Shown: in pieces, positions 32,822 through 44,021 of the stretch
Layout of the letters: every line of letters begins with the position of its first letter
Position numbering within the stretch: position 1 is the first letter of the stretch
Assembly: GCA_963921275.4 (NCBI GenBank)
Contig: OZ001293.3
Location: 5,376,001 to 5,440,000, forward strand
Reading direction: 5' to 3'
From: an uncultured Hormoscilla sp.
GTDB taxonomy: Bacteria; Cyanobacteriota; Cyanobacteriia; Cyanobacteriales; Desertifilaceae
Length of the DNA stretch: 64,000 nucleotides
Translations under genes and position numbers: made by a program
Notes under the pieces: model-generated
Databases searched by the model: none
What the model was told of the DNA's origin: nothing
What the model saw: the letters and a program-made list of their open reading frames with translations, nothing else

Positions 32822-35098
32822 ATGACCCAAATACGTTCCAAACTAGCTGCCGACTATGCCAGCGAAGGGCAACTCGCTCTGAAGAAAACCATCGGCAAAC
32901 TGCTAGCCGACCGCGTCCGTGCCAAACTGGCTGCCAAAAAGCCAGCAACCGCCCCAACTACCCAGGAAATCCTCGGCGGCGAAACCGAAACCGATCACGC
33001 AGTGGCCGCCTGGTTCCTGGGGCCACGCGGCGAAAACGTGGATCTGTTCTCAGAACTCGTCTCCGTTGCTCTCAACGATCATGTCTTTTGGCGGCGCAAC
33101 TTCCACCCCAGCGACCCCTCTCCTATCACCGAAAGCATGAAGCGGGAACCCGGGTATCTGGACGCCGTAGATCTTCTGAAAACCGAGTTCTACAACCTGC
33201 TGGCAGAGCTGAAAAAATCCGGACCGTTTGCTAGCATACGCTACCAGGGGCACATGACCTGGGATCAGACCATGCCCGGTATGGCTGGTTATTTCGCCGC
33301 CATGCTCTACAACCAGAACAACGTGGCCCTGGAAGCTTCCCCCATCACCACCGTCCTGGAAGTGGAAGCCTCCCAGGACCTGTGCGAGATGTTGGGCTAT
33401 CGCGAGACTACACCGAAGCCTTGGGGACACTTAACCTGTGGCGGTTCCACCGCAAATATTGAAGCCCTGTGGGCGGCCCGCAACCTGAAGTTTTATCCCC
33501 TCTCCCTGCGCCAGGGTCTCACCGAGCTCGACCCCACCGTAGCCGCTGCCTTCACAGTCACCCGGCCCGACGGCACCACGGCCAAAATGGCGGGATTGGA
33601 TGCTTGGCAGATGCTGAACCTGCCCGTGGATGAGGTATTAGACCTTTACAATCGTCTGGTGGACCCGAACGGGGCGTATAAGGTCGATGCGGTCGCCCTC
33701 GACAGCGCCATTGCTCCCTACTCCCTCCAGAACATAGGCTTCCTGGGTTATGCCCAGCAATTCCTCGCGGGCACCGAGGTAGGCGAACCCGTCGTCCTTG
33801 TTCCCGCTTCTAAACACTACTCCTTGCCCAAGGGGGCTGCCGTTCTGGGGCTGGGGGCAAATAACATGCTTACCGTGCCCTTAGACGTATACGGTCGCAT
33901 GGATGTGGAGGCCCTGACAGCGGCGATCGAGAGCTGCGTTAGCAAAAAGCAGCCCATCATCGCCGTTGTTGCTGTCTTTGGCACCACGGAAGAGGGCTGC
34001 GTCGATCCCCTGACGAGCATCTTAGACCTGCGGAATGAAAACCGTCTCAACAACAATGTGGAATTTGCCGTCCACGGAGACGCAGCTTGGGGCGGTTACT
34101 TTGCTGTCTTGCTGTGGGATAGTGCGGATCCCCCCCAAGGAACGGAGTCTGGGTTGCCCATGAGCGACTACGTCATTGAGCAGTATCAAAACCTCAAGCA
34201 TACGGATACGATCACGATCGATCCCCACAAAACTGGCTACTTGCCCTATCCTGCCGGTGCTTTGTGTTATCGCAACATGGCCATGCGCAGCCTGATTGCT
34301 TTTGAAGCGCCTTACATCAACACGGGCGACGACAACGATACACCCGACGAGCTGATTTTGGGCACCTACGGCATTGAAGGCTCGAAGCCGGGTGCCGCCG
34401 CTGCCGGGGTGTATCTCAGCCACGCTGCGATTTCCCTCACGCGCCAGGGCTACGGCAAAATTCTCGGCCGCACGATTTTCAACTGCAAAGCATTCCACTT
34501 GTCTTTGATGAAGGCGAGCCTGAAGAGCGAAGAGAAGGATGGTTTTATTGTCGTTCCTACGCCCAAACTCGAACCTTCGGTGATTCCATTCTTCCAGAAA
34601 TTGGTGCTGGGTAAAACCCCGAAGGAGATCCTGAACGATACTAGCGGCGCGTTGCTCGATGTCCTGCGTCAAACTGGCTCGGATTTGAACATCATTACCT
34701 ATGCCTTCAACTACAAGGTCAACGGTATCCTCAATCGAGATCTGGCTCAGGTGAATGCTTTCAACAAGCGCATTTACGATCGCGTCAGCGTCAAAGCCGA
34801 CGGTCGCGACATTTACAACTACGAAATCCTCTTGAGTACGACAGATTTCGTCAAGGCATACTACGGCGAGGTCTTCTTCAACGATTACCGCAACCGCTTG
34901 CTTGACTTGAGCGACGACGCGCCAGACAATCCTGCGGAGATGAAGATTTCGGTGATGCGATCGACCATCATGGATCCGTGGATTACGGAATACGTCGATG
35001 GTGCTCCTTTTGTGGAATACATCGTTGCCAAACTCTTCGACATCGTGCGCGAAGTGGTGGCTGAAGTGCGAGGTGATTCTGCTATGTCTGTGGGCTAG
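32822..35098 (+). CDS. Group II PLP-dependent amino-acid decarboxylase (tyrosine decarboxylase-like)
   Basis: RBS GAGGAG before ATG 32822; RYQGHM, CGGSTANIEALW, HYS.PK, GTTEEG, HGDAAWGGY and DPHK (PLP lysine) motifs. Confidence 0.9.
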   Translation: MTQIRSKLAADYASEGQLALKKTIGKLLADRVRAKLAAKKPATAPTTQEILGGETETDHAVAAWFLGPRGENVDLFSELVSVALNDHVFWRRNFHPSDPSPITESMKREPGYLDAVDLLKTEFYNLLAELKKSGPFASIRYQGHMTWDQTMPGMAGYFAAMLYNQNNVALEASPITTVLEVEASQDLCEMLGYRETTPKPWGHLTCGGSTANIEALWAARNLKFYPLSLRQGLTELDPTVAAAFTVTRPDGTTAKMAGLDAWQMLNLPVDEVLDLYNRLVDPNGAYKVDAVALDSAIAPYSLQNIGFLGYAQQFLAGTEVGEPVVLVPASKHYSLPKGAAVLGLGANNMLTVPLDVYGRMDVEALTAAIESCVSKKQPIIAVVAVFGTTEEGCVDPLTSILDLRNENRLNNNVEFAVHGDAAWGGYFAVLLWDSADPPQGTESGLPMSDYVIEQYQNLKHTDTITIDPHKTGYLPYPAGALCYRNMAMRSLIAFEAPYINTGDDNDTPDELILGTYGIEGSKPGAAAAGVYLSHAAISLTRQGYGKILGRTIFNCKAFHLSLMKASLKSEEKDGFIVVPTPKLEPSVIPFFQKLVLGKTPKEILNDTSGALLDVLRQTGSDLNIITYAFNYKVNGILNRDLAQVNAFNKRIYDRVSVKADGRDIYNYEILLSTTDFVKAYYGEVFFNDYRNRLLDLSDDAPDNPAEMKISVMRSTIMDPWITEYVDGAPFVEYIVAKLFDIVREVVAEVRGDSAMSVG

Positions 35099-35225
35099 CG
35101 CGCTCGAATTAACTTTGGGGTCCTGGGCGATCGCATCGGACCCCATTGCTCTCAGATGTTTTCACCACGAAATCTCGGATCCTGGGGAAAGCGATACGGA
35201 AGTTGTATGTTGTCGGTCCAGTCTA

Positions 35226-36121
35226 GGGCGTGTCATCAGTTAAGCCAAACAACAGTAGCAGCCAGGTAGATAGCAGCCAAGAAATTCTGAGCCCTCTTAT
35301 CGTAACGGGTGGCAATGGCTCGATATTGCTTGAGTTTGGCAAAAAAATTCTCAATCAAATGACGTGCTTTGTATAGATATTTGTCATAACGGCGTTGTTC
35401 TTTTCGATTGGATTTAGGCGGAATCACAGGTTCGCATTGCTGGGCTTCAAGACGTTTCAAAACCCGTTCGTCAGCATCAGAAGCTTTGTCTGCGAGTAAC
35501 GCATCAGCCTTAATATTATCAAGTAACACATCAGCCCCTTCCAAATCGTGAGCTTGACCGGCTGTTAAATGAAAACCCGTTGGGTTCCCCAATGCGTCAC
35601 AGGTCGCGTGAATTTTGGTACTCAAACCCCCTTTACGGCGTCCGATGGCTTGGTCGCAATCTTTTTTTTTGAGCACCTGCACTATGTTGATGAGCCCTTT
35701 ATATCGTGGCATCAATCATCGCATATTCGTTATCGGCATCGGACGCAAGTACCTTGAATACTCTTTCCCATACCCCGGATTTTGACCACCTACTATGGCG
35801 CGTATGAATTACCCTCAAGTCCCCAAATCGCTCGGGTAAGTCCCGCCAAGGTATCCCAGCTCTATATCGATACAAGACAGCATAGACAAATAAGCGGTTA
35901 TCCTTAGCTGTCCCCCCCACATAACCCTCCCGACCTGGCAATAGGTCCCTGATTCTCTCCCACTGGTCATCTCTTAAAGCATAGCGACGCATTTCTCAAA
36001 TTCTCCTGCTCTAACCTTTACCCTCTTAGATCACACCAATATATCCTGGTTGTCAACTCAATCATCTTGTTATATATTTTTGGTGGGGACCCATATCGTT
36101 AATCTAACTGATGACACGCCC
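35226..36121 (-). mobile_element. IS5-family (IS427-like) element, near complete
   Basis: TIRs GGGCGTGTCATCAGTTA flanked by CTA/TAG; orfA 35699-35992 has a premature TAA before the A-run; orfB 35236-35715. Confidence 0.93.
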
Positions 36122-37372
36122 TAGCAAGTGGGGGGTCATGATCTTGGGAGCTGACGGAGAAGCCAATGTTACCTTAGCGAATCTTGGTAGAGCTACATCT
36201 GAGAACCAAACTACTAATCCAGTGCCATTTCGCGATCCTCGGGATGATTACGTATATATTATGACGAGTCCTGCTGTCTTAGAAAAGGCAGCAGCGCAGG
36301 TGGGAACGTCAGTCGAAGAGTTCTCTCCTAAAATAGATACCCCTACAGGTAGTGCGATTATTGCTGTTGAGGTGGAGGGTAGCAGCCCCGAGGAAGCTCA
36401 GAAAAAATCTCAGGCTCTTTATCAGGTAACGAGACAGGAGATTGACCGGTTAAGAGAGACTGTATTAAAACAGCGGGAGCCAGATAATAGAGCTACCTTA
36501 CAAGCAGCTCGCCATAGGCTAAAGGCCACAGAGAGAAATCTTTCCAGCTTTCAGGAAAACTCGGTTTTACTTTCTGACGAACAACTCAAACAAATTGCCT
36601 TGAACCTGGAAAATTTGCGCCGCGACAGGGCTGAATTAAGGGCCCGAGAGCGGGGACTGAGAAGCCGCATAGAACAGTTATCTAGAGAATTAAAGCTGTA
36701 AAATTTATTTCCCCAGAAGTAAATGATGGTTATATTCTGCAAGCGGATGAAGTTTATCAGCAATACCTCCAAGAATACGGAGAACTCAGCGCTGAACTTG
36801 CCAATTTGGAATCTCTGCTAGGACCATTGCATCCTCAGGTGCTGTCCAAACGCGCCGCCGTGGAGGCTGCTACCGCAACTTTGCAAGGGCGAGGTTCTTT
36901 TCTTTTAGGCAGACCGGTTACTCAAAAAACACTGGTGCTGATTAAACATCTCACCCTCGACCCCAATATCAGGATAATGCGGCAAGAACTGTATGGGAAT
37001 TTAGTGAACAATCGGGCAAACTGGCGTAAACTGGCCATCGAGATCGAAACTCTAGAGCCGGAAATTGCCCTGTTTGAGAGTCGCCTCAAGGGTCTGACTC
37101 AACAACAGGTTACGGTGGATAACCTGCAGCGGGAGATTCAAATTGCTCAAGCTATCTTTGCCAGCACTATAGCTAAGTTAGATTTGGGGAAAGGAAACAT
37201 CTATTCTATTTATCCCATCATGCAGTTGGTGGCACCGCCGAGTTTGCCCGATCGGGACAAACCGACTGCTCCCAGACCTCAACTTATTTTCCTGGGTGGC
37301 GCAGCAGCTTCAATCATCGTTACTATTGCCTTAATTTTACTCTGGTTGGAAAGGCCCAGATCTCCAGAATGA
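36122..37372 (+). pseudogene. GumC/Wzc-like polysaccharide chain-length determinant, truncated by IS5 and broken at 36701
   Basis: Coiled coil, HPQV, YPIMQLVAPPSLP and a C-terminal TM helix. Confidence 0.75.
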
Positions 37373-37544
37373 TCTTCGACCTGAAGGTAGAATGATTAAT
37401 GCTGTTGCATAGTTTGGGGATGTTACTAGCAACTTGAGGAGAATTGAAAATTGAAAATTGAAAATTGAGCAAGAGTTAATTGACAATTGTTCCATTTTCC
37501 ATTCGCCATTCGCAATTAGCCATTTGATCTGAGCTTCCACAGAT

Positions 37545-37708
37545 CTGGACAGTGGGAAGTTCTTTGGGGAACTGCTCAAGCATGGAAGCGGATTTGGGCC
37601 AGATAGACCTATAGCAATTCGCTGGCTCCTAAAGGCTTACAGCCTTTAGGAGCCAGCGGTTCAGCTTTTAGAATAGGTTCTATTTTCAGAGAACTTCGCA
37701 CTCTCCAG
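37545..37708. mobile_element. Second, inverted copy of the 27401 MITE
   Basis: Same TIRs and homologous interior; no TSD. Confidence 0.85.
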
Positions 37709-37975
37709 TAAGGATATTAAGAGTTAATAATGATTGGCAATCCTATTGGTTAAATTTGAGCCAAGAAAATTCGTCCCTTACCCAAGCCGTCTAACAGTTA
37801 TTGAGACTCTCACCTTCTCGACATCAGTTTTCTGCCATGATAGCGCTCTGAACATATATAAATCTCGGGCGTCAATATTGCCAGATGTTCACCGGCGATA
37901 TTGAGGCTCTGTCCTACCAACTACTTTTGACCACATCACCGGTTCATGATTAAGTGTCACTGACCATTACACCCC

Positions 37976-39955
37976 CTATAAAGAGCACTTGGGGCGAAGG
38001 GGAATGGCGATCGCAAACTCAGTGCCAGCATCGGGGTCCGAGAGGCAGCGCAATTGCCCGCCGTGCCGATCGACAACAATCTGGTAACTAATAGATAATC
38101 CCAAACCGGTCCCCTTGCCCACAGGTTTAGTAGTGACGAAACAGTCAAATAGGCGATTCTGCACATCTGAGGGGATACCCGAGCCATTATTCTTAATTTT
38201 AATCGCCACCTGGTCAGATTCTCCCAAACTGGTACTAATCCAAATTTTACCAGGTTGCGGGGCTGATTCTCTGATAATTGTTGATGATTTAACTCCTCCA
38301 TAGCGTCAATGGCATTGAGGAGGATATTCATAAACACCTGATTTAACTGACCGGGGTAACATTCCACCAAAGGCAGTTCACCATACTCTTTGATAATTTC
38401 AATACTAGGGCGATCTGGTTTCTCCTTCAGGCGACTGTCGAGAATCATCAAGGTGCTGTCAATGCCTTCATGGAGATCGACCTGTTTCATGTCGGCTTCA
38501 TCTAAGCGCGAGAAAGTCCGCAGGGACTTGACTATCTCCCTGATGCGAGCGGCCCCTACTTTCATCGACGCCAACAGTTTAGGAAAATCGGCGAGCAGGA
38601 ATTCCAAATCTATTTCTTCAGCAGCAGATTTAATTTCTGGATGAGGGTGAGGATAATGTTGAGCGTAAAGCTGAATCATTTCGATTAAGTCGGAAGCATA
38701 GTTTGTAGCTGGGGCAATATTACCATAGATAAAGCTAGTGAGATTATTGATTTCATGAGCAACTCCAGCGACCAACTGACCCAAAGCTGCCATTTTCTCA
38801 TTCTGAACCAACTGATTTTGAGTGTACTTGAGTTCTTGCAAGGCAACTGTCTTTTCCTGGACTTGCTGATCCAATGCATCTGTATGAATAAGCACCCGAC
38901 CTGTGAGAGGACGCAGCAACAGCACTAGACCTCCAGTACCCAGGAGACTGAGAAATGCGATCGCTATGCCGACAATTACCAGTTGCCGATTGACTGGCCC
39001 ATAAAGATCCCGGCGATCGATCTTGATAGCTAGCCCCCAGTTGCTATTTTTAATTGGCTCAATGGCAAGGATTACCGTTTCTCCTGAGGCGGCGGAAACC
39101 TTTAGCAACCCCGCCTCCCGTGATGCTACGGATTTTTCTATTGCCTGCAAGATGCCTCCCGATGCCTGAACTTGATTTCGCAAAGGGAAAAACAACTGCA
39201 CTTGGTTATTATTGACAGCGCCGAGAAGGGTTTCCCCAGTTTCTCCCAAACCCGTGTAATCTGTGACAATCCTTTGCAAACCGGTAATTTTGAACAAAAC
39301 GATGTCCGTTCCCACCCGCTGTTTAGAGATTGGGTTGATAATTGGGGATCCCACCACTAAATAGGACTCACCCTCTAGCCCGATCGGTTCTTCAACCAAG
39401 GCTTTTTTAGAACCCGCTGGCAGTATCGACCAAAATTCAGATGGAATAGGCAACCCCACCTGGGCGATCTGCTTACCAGTCGCGTCGAGGCGCGTTATCC
39501 CGACAACATCCTCGGCTTGGTTAAGGGCGTCAGTCAAGATGCTGGAGACTTCTTTACCAACCTCATCCAGGTTGATGGTTCCCCTGTTGTATTCTTGCAA
39601 CATTTTACGGGCTTTAGTGCGGCTGGCGATCTGCTCGCGGTGTCTCTCGGGAGCTCGATGTCTCCGGAGAGCGCTAATCGCACTACTCCGGAGACATCGT
39701 AGGAGCACTACCCGAGAGACACCGCGGCGACATCTTTAGCTCTGGAGAGGAATTGAGCAACCGTCATGGTGCGGGTATGCAGGGCGAACTGAATATTTCT
39801 TTCCTCCTGTTTTTTCAATTGGTTGTACAGGGGCATGATGCTCATCAGCGCCACGACGGCACCCATGCCTGCCCAAAAATACCCAGATCCCAATAAAGGA
39901 TCGGAAGACGCTGTAATTGTTTCGAGTTAGTGGGATAATTGTAATTGCTTTTCAT
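37976..39955 (-). pseudogene. Membrane sensor histidine kinase disrupted by a nested hairpin insertion and frameshifts
   Basis: TM-periplasmic-TM layout, QNEKMAALGQLVAGVAHEINN; HATPase tail in another frame; 89-bp insert at 39637-39725. Confidence 0.85.
39637..39725 (+). repeat. Two-level nested hairpin element
   Basis: Outer arms GCGGTGTCTCTCGGG/CCCGAGAGACACCGC; inner arms CGATGTCTCCGGAG/CTCCGGAGACATCG. Confidence 0.9.
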
Positions 39956-40027
39956 ATTAGACTACACTACTACAATAACAAGGGATCTCATATTGCCTGT
40001 CGGGCTTCAAAGGAGGAAGCATAATAG

Positions 40028-42034
40028 ATGATATCACTTTGGCGTGAATTTCAACCCTTAGCTGCGATCGCCGTCACCTCCACTGCCACTTTTCGCCTTC
40101 AGTTTGTTACGAACCTTTGGGTGCCAGCATCTTTAGGTAATATTCCCGGGACGCAGGTTTACCAAGGTTCTCTCAAAGAACATCTTGCCACCCTGTGGTC
40201 AAACCATCGGGCTTTAATCTTCTGTCTGGCAACTGGGGCAGTTGTGCGCCTCATTGCTCCCTTGCTAAAGGATAAATCTCGCGACCCCGCTGTCATAGTT
40301 ATAGATGAAGGGGGAAAATTTGTCATCAGTTTGTGTAGCGGACATCAAGGGGGCGCTGACAAATTAGCAAGGTTAATTGCACAGCAACTGGGGGCAACTC
40401 CTATCTTAACAGGGGCATCTGCTGCCTTACAATTACCAGGAGTAGATATGCTGGGGGTTCCCTTTGGTTGGCAGCGGGGCCCAGGGGACTGGACGGAGGT
40501 AAGTGCAGCAGTTGTCAGGGGAGAACCCGTCCAGGTAATGCAAGAAGTGGGCACAACCCTTTGGCAAAAGCATCTTCCCGAAGGACATCAATTCTCTTTT
40601 CACTTGGATAATGATAAAATATCCCCCCAAGGTAGGATTTGGATTAGCCACCGCCGATTAGATCCAGAGGATGATATCCTCCAGGTACAGTGGCATCCGA
40701 GAGTGTTGTGGGTGGGAATAGGTTGCGAACGAGGAACTTCTCGTCAGCTGATTGAAAGGGCAATTACAGAAGTGATGCAGACTCATGCTTTGGCAGAAGG
40801 GGCGATCGCAGGTATTGCGACAATTGACCTAAAAGCTGATGAAGTCGGGTTGGTGGAACTCTGTCGCGATCGCCTCTTTCCCCTACGCACTTTCCCCGCA
40901 GAAGTCCTGGGTTCTGTGGCTGTTCCTACCCCTTCAGCTGTAGTCGAAAAAGCAGTAGGAACTCCCAGCGTCGCCGAAGCAGCTGCTGTACAAGCTGCGG
41001 GTGCAGAACCTTTCGATATCTCTGGTCGCTCGATGTCTTCTGGTGCTGCATCTCGTGGGAGCGCTACTCGCACTACCCACGAGATGCAGCGCGCTAGTCG
41101 CACAAAAGAGAAGACATCGTATTCGCACTACCCCAGAGACATCGAAGCATCCCTATTGGTTGCCAAGCAAATTTTTAGAACAGAAGGGGAACCAGGGGTA
41201 GTCACAGTGGCGATCGCTCAAGCTGCTGTAGAATATACAGGACGCCCAGGTAAACTATTACTTGTGGGCATCGGACCGGGGCAATTAGACCAAATCACCC
41301 CAGCTGCTCAAACTGCGATCATTAGTGCCGATGCGCTCGTCGGTTATTCTCTCTATATCGACTTAATTGCTTCTTTACGGCGTCCTGGACAAATTGTCGA
41401 AGCATTTCCTATTACACAGGAACGCCAACGGGGAGAAAGGGCGATAGAACTTGCGAAATGGGGTTTAACAGTAGCAGTAATATCTTCAGGAGATTGCGGC
41501 ATTTATGGCATGGCCGGATTAGTCATGGAACAATTGCGATCGTCCTTTTGGGATGGGAAAATCCCCATAGTGGAAGTCTTGCCCGGCATCACAGCCATGC
41601 AAGCAGCAGCAGCGAAGGTGGGTGCGCCGTTAATGCATGATTTCTGTGCCATCAGTTTGAGTGACTTGCTGACACCTTGGGAGGTAATCGAAAAGCGCCT
41701 ACACGCCGCCGCCCAAGCATATTTTGTTACCGCACTCTATAATCCCCGCTCGGCTAACCGGACTCAGCAAATAGTCACAGCCCAGCAGATATTCCTACAA
41801 TACCGTAAACCAGATACTCCTGTGGCGATCGTCCGTTCAGTTTACCGAGAATCAGAACAAATTACCCTGACAACCCTTGACAAATTCCTGGAAATTCCCA
41901 TTGATATGCTCACCACCGTGCTGATCGGCAATCAAAGTACCTACATCCACAGTGATTGGATGATTACTCCGCGCGGTTATCTATCACAAAGTTCCGCTAT
42001 TAGCCCGGGGTTCAAACCCCCGCGTCATAGCTAA
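40028..42034 (+). CDS. cobJ: CbiG-CobJ fusion (precorrin-3B C17-methyltransferase)
   Basis: ATGAVVRLIAP, GHQGGAD, VGIGCERG, SVAEAAA, VGIGPG, SSGDCGIYGMAG, HDFCAISLSD, ITPRGY; ~43-aa repeat-derived insert. Confidence 0.93.
   Translation: MISLWREFQPLAAIAVTSTATFRLQFVTNLWVPASLGNIPGTQVYQGSLKEHLATLWSNHRALIFCLATGAVVRLIAPLLKDKSRDPAVIVIDEGGKFVISLCSGHQGGADKLARLIAQQLGATPILTGASAALQLPGVDMLGVPFGWQRGPGDWTEVSAAVVRGEPVQVMQEVGTTLWQKHLPEGHQFSFHLDNDKISPQGRIWISHRRLDPEDDILQVQWHPRVLWVGIGCERGTSRQLIERAITEVMQTHALAEGAIAGIATIDLKADEVGLVELCRDRLFPLRTFPAEVLGSVAVPTPSAVVEKAVGTPSVAEAAAVQAAGAEPFDISGRSMSSGAASRGSATRTTHEMQRASRTKEKTSYSHYPRDIEASLLVAKQIFRTEGEPGVVTVAIAQAAVEYTGRPGKLLLVGIGPGQLDQITPAAQTAIISADALVGYSLYIDLIASLRRPGQIVEAFPITQERQRGERAIELAKWGLTVAVISSGDCGIYGMAGLVMEQLRSSFWDGKIPIVEVLPGITAMQAAAAKVGAPLMHDFCAISLSDLLTPWEVIEKRLHAAAQAYFVTALYNPRSANRTQQIVTAQQIFLQYRKPDTPVAIVRSVYRESEQITLTTLDKFLEIPIDMLTTVLIGNQSTYIHSDWMITPRGYLSQSSAISPGFKPPRHS
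41013..41145 (+). repeat. Three-level nested hairpin element, in frame within cobJ
   Basis: TCGA...TCGA spacing of 129 bp; core TGCATCTCGTGGG-AGCGCTACTCGCACTA-CCCACGAGATGCA. Confidence 0.88.
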
Positions 42035-42557
42035 AGTCGGTTAAAACCGACTTAAAAAAATAGTTTTTAGTACAACAATTTTAGGACTATAATATTGTTA
42101 AAGCCCGATTGCCCAATCGCCAGCCCGCGCAGGCGGGCTTGTAACTGTAGCCGCACCCCTTGTTCCCTGGGGACCGCCTGGGAACGGTGACGGCCCCATT
42201 CCCAGGCAGAGCCGTGGGAACGGGTGACGGCGTTATTCTTCAGCATCGGGGTTACCACCCAATGCCCGTAGCCGAATGGCACTGACGACGAAGGAGTGAA
42301 AAAAAGCTCCAAGGCATGCTAGATAAGGATTATAGCCCTGAAGCCTAGTAAGCTATTACCCATAATCATGCCCAATCGAGCTTAGATTCTCAAGTGTCAA
42401 TTGGCTTCAAAGCAATCGCTTTACCATTCCGACAGGTGCTGCCAGAATCAGACATTCAACAGGTATGCCGAGCAAGAAAACGTCCCTCGTTCGCCATCGA
42501 TTGTTTTCGCCGGTGGTTACCCTGTGGATGTTCTTGCTGTGGATGCAGGTCATCGAT

Positions 42558-43555
42558 ATGGCTGCGCTACCCTATGGGATCAGCCTCTACTCGCACATTA
42601 GCAGTCAGTAAGGTTGTGGCCTGGTGCAGCGGGGGAGCAGGCCCCCATGGCGCAGCTATGGACACGCTTTGCCGGAGGCAAAGCCAGAAAACGTCTACCC
42701 GATCGCGTAGCGTGGCGCAGCCATACGAGTAGTGGAGCGTATGCACGACCTTACCGTACAAAAGCTAGAGCTTGGTCGCTGTAGAACTTCTTTATGGCTG
42801 CGCCCCCAGCGCAGCGCTATGGGTAAAGTGATGAGGGACTGAGGGGGTGAGGGGGTGAGGGGGTGATGAGAAAATGTTAATTTTTCGTTGATTCACAGAT
42901 ATTTTAAAATGTCGGCGTATTATTAATGGACCGATGCTCTAGAAGCTCAAGTTACTGCGAGGGCAGCTATGGCTGCGCCCCCAGGGGAGATATCTCTGCT
43001 CCTTGCTCTTGTCCCAAGGTCCATAGGGCACACAGGAGACATCGCAGCGCTATTGGTGCTAATTAAGAAGTGTGCCTGCTAGATGGCTCTTCCGTGATTA
43101 TGAGCGACACAACATGGCTGCGCCCCAGCGCAGCGCTATCAACAATCTTAAGGCTTATCGGAAACACTTCATACAACTAAAGGGCAGCATCACAAGACAA
43201 TTGCGTGATAATATATTAAATCACGCAATTGTCTTGTGATACTGGGTTGTGGTTTTCGTTTGAGCGCTCTTCGTCTTTATGTTTAGCTTGGATGAAAGTA
43301 TTGATTGCACCATTCTGCAGTTGTGAACTAGCTCCTGCACGACAGACAAAAGTATACAACCAGGAGCAAAAGTGACTGCTCTCAGGGGTAAGAAGTATTG
43401 CTGCGCCACGCTACGCGATAGGTAAGTTAGGTATTGGCGACCAGATTATTAGCCTCTACAAACCCAAAAAACGTCCCAATCACATAAGTGCTCAAGAGTG
43501 GGCAGATTTACCTGATACTGTGCAGGTATGGCTGCGCCCCCAGCAGAGATATCGA
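42558..43555. repeat. Cluster of ~24-27-bp dispersed repeats ATGGCTGCGCC...
   Basis: Copies at ~42558, 42702 (reverse), 42794, 42969, 43114, 43400 and 43528. Confidence 0.75.
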
Positions 43556-43590
43556 AAATGAGGCAACGGCGTCAAGAGTTGAAAGCACAG

Positions 43591-44021
43591 TTACTCAAAT
43601 GATGCAGGCTTAAGGTCAGTGCCATTCGCCCGTAGCCTTTCTGCCAGTCGTGCGGCCTTGGCTTCAGCCTCTTGGGCTCGGGCTTCAGCCTCTTGGGCTT
43701 TGGCTTCAGCCTGTGCAGTTCTTTGTTTTTCCAGTTCGGCTCGTTCCGAACCAGTCAACAACAGATTTCCCTGCAAATCCCACCAACGCAGCCATGGCTG
43801 TGTTTGATTCTGATAGCTTCCCTGCCAGAGTCCCAACTCTACTTCTAAGGACTCGATCGGATAGTGACCCCGTGAGTTGGGCTCCAGCTTCTGATAAACA
43901 AAATCTACCAGGTGATAGACCTCTAACTGGCTATTATCGATCTGAAAGATGCCATAGTAAGGAATCCTGATAATCTTCTCATACACCCAAAACTTGCCCG
44001 GTTTTCGTTTCACCCCTAACC
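43591..44021 (-). pseudogene. Uma2-family endonuclease C-terminal fragment
   Basis: PGKFWVYE.IIRIPYY, ELGLWQG, PWLRWWD; 5' half lost at the IS4 boundary. Confidence 0.85.

Noticed and set aside
34022..35146. 374-aa antisense ORF
   Set aside because: Shadow of the GC-rich decarboxylase with no recognisable motifs.
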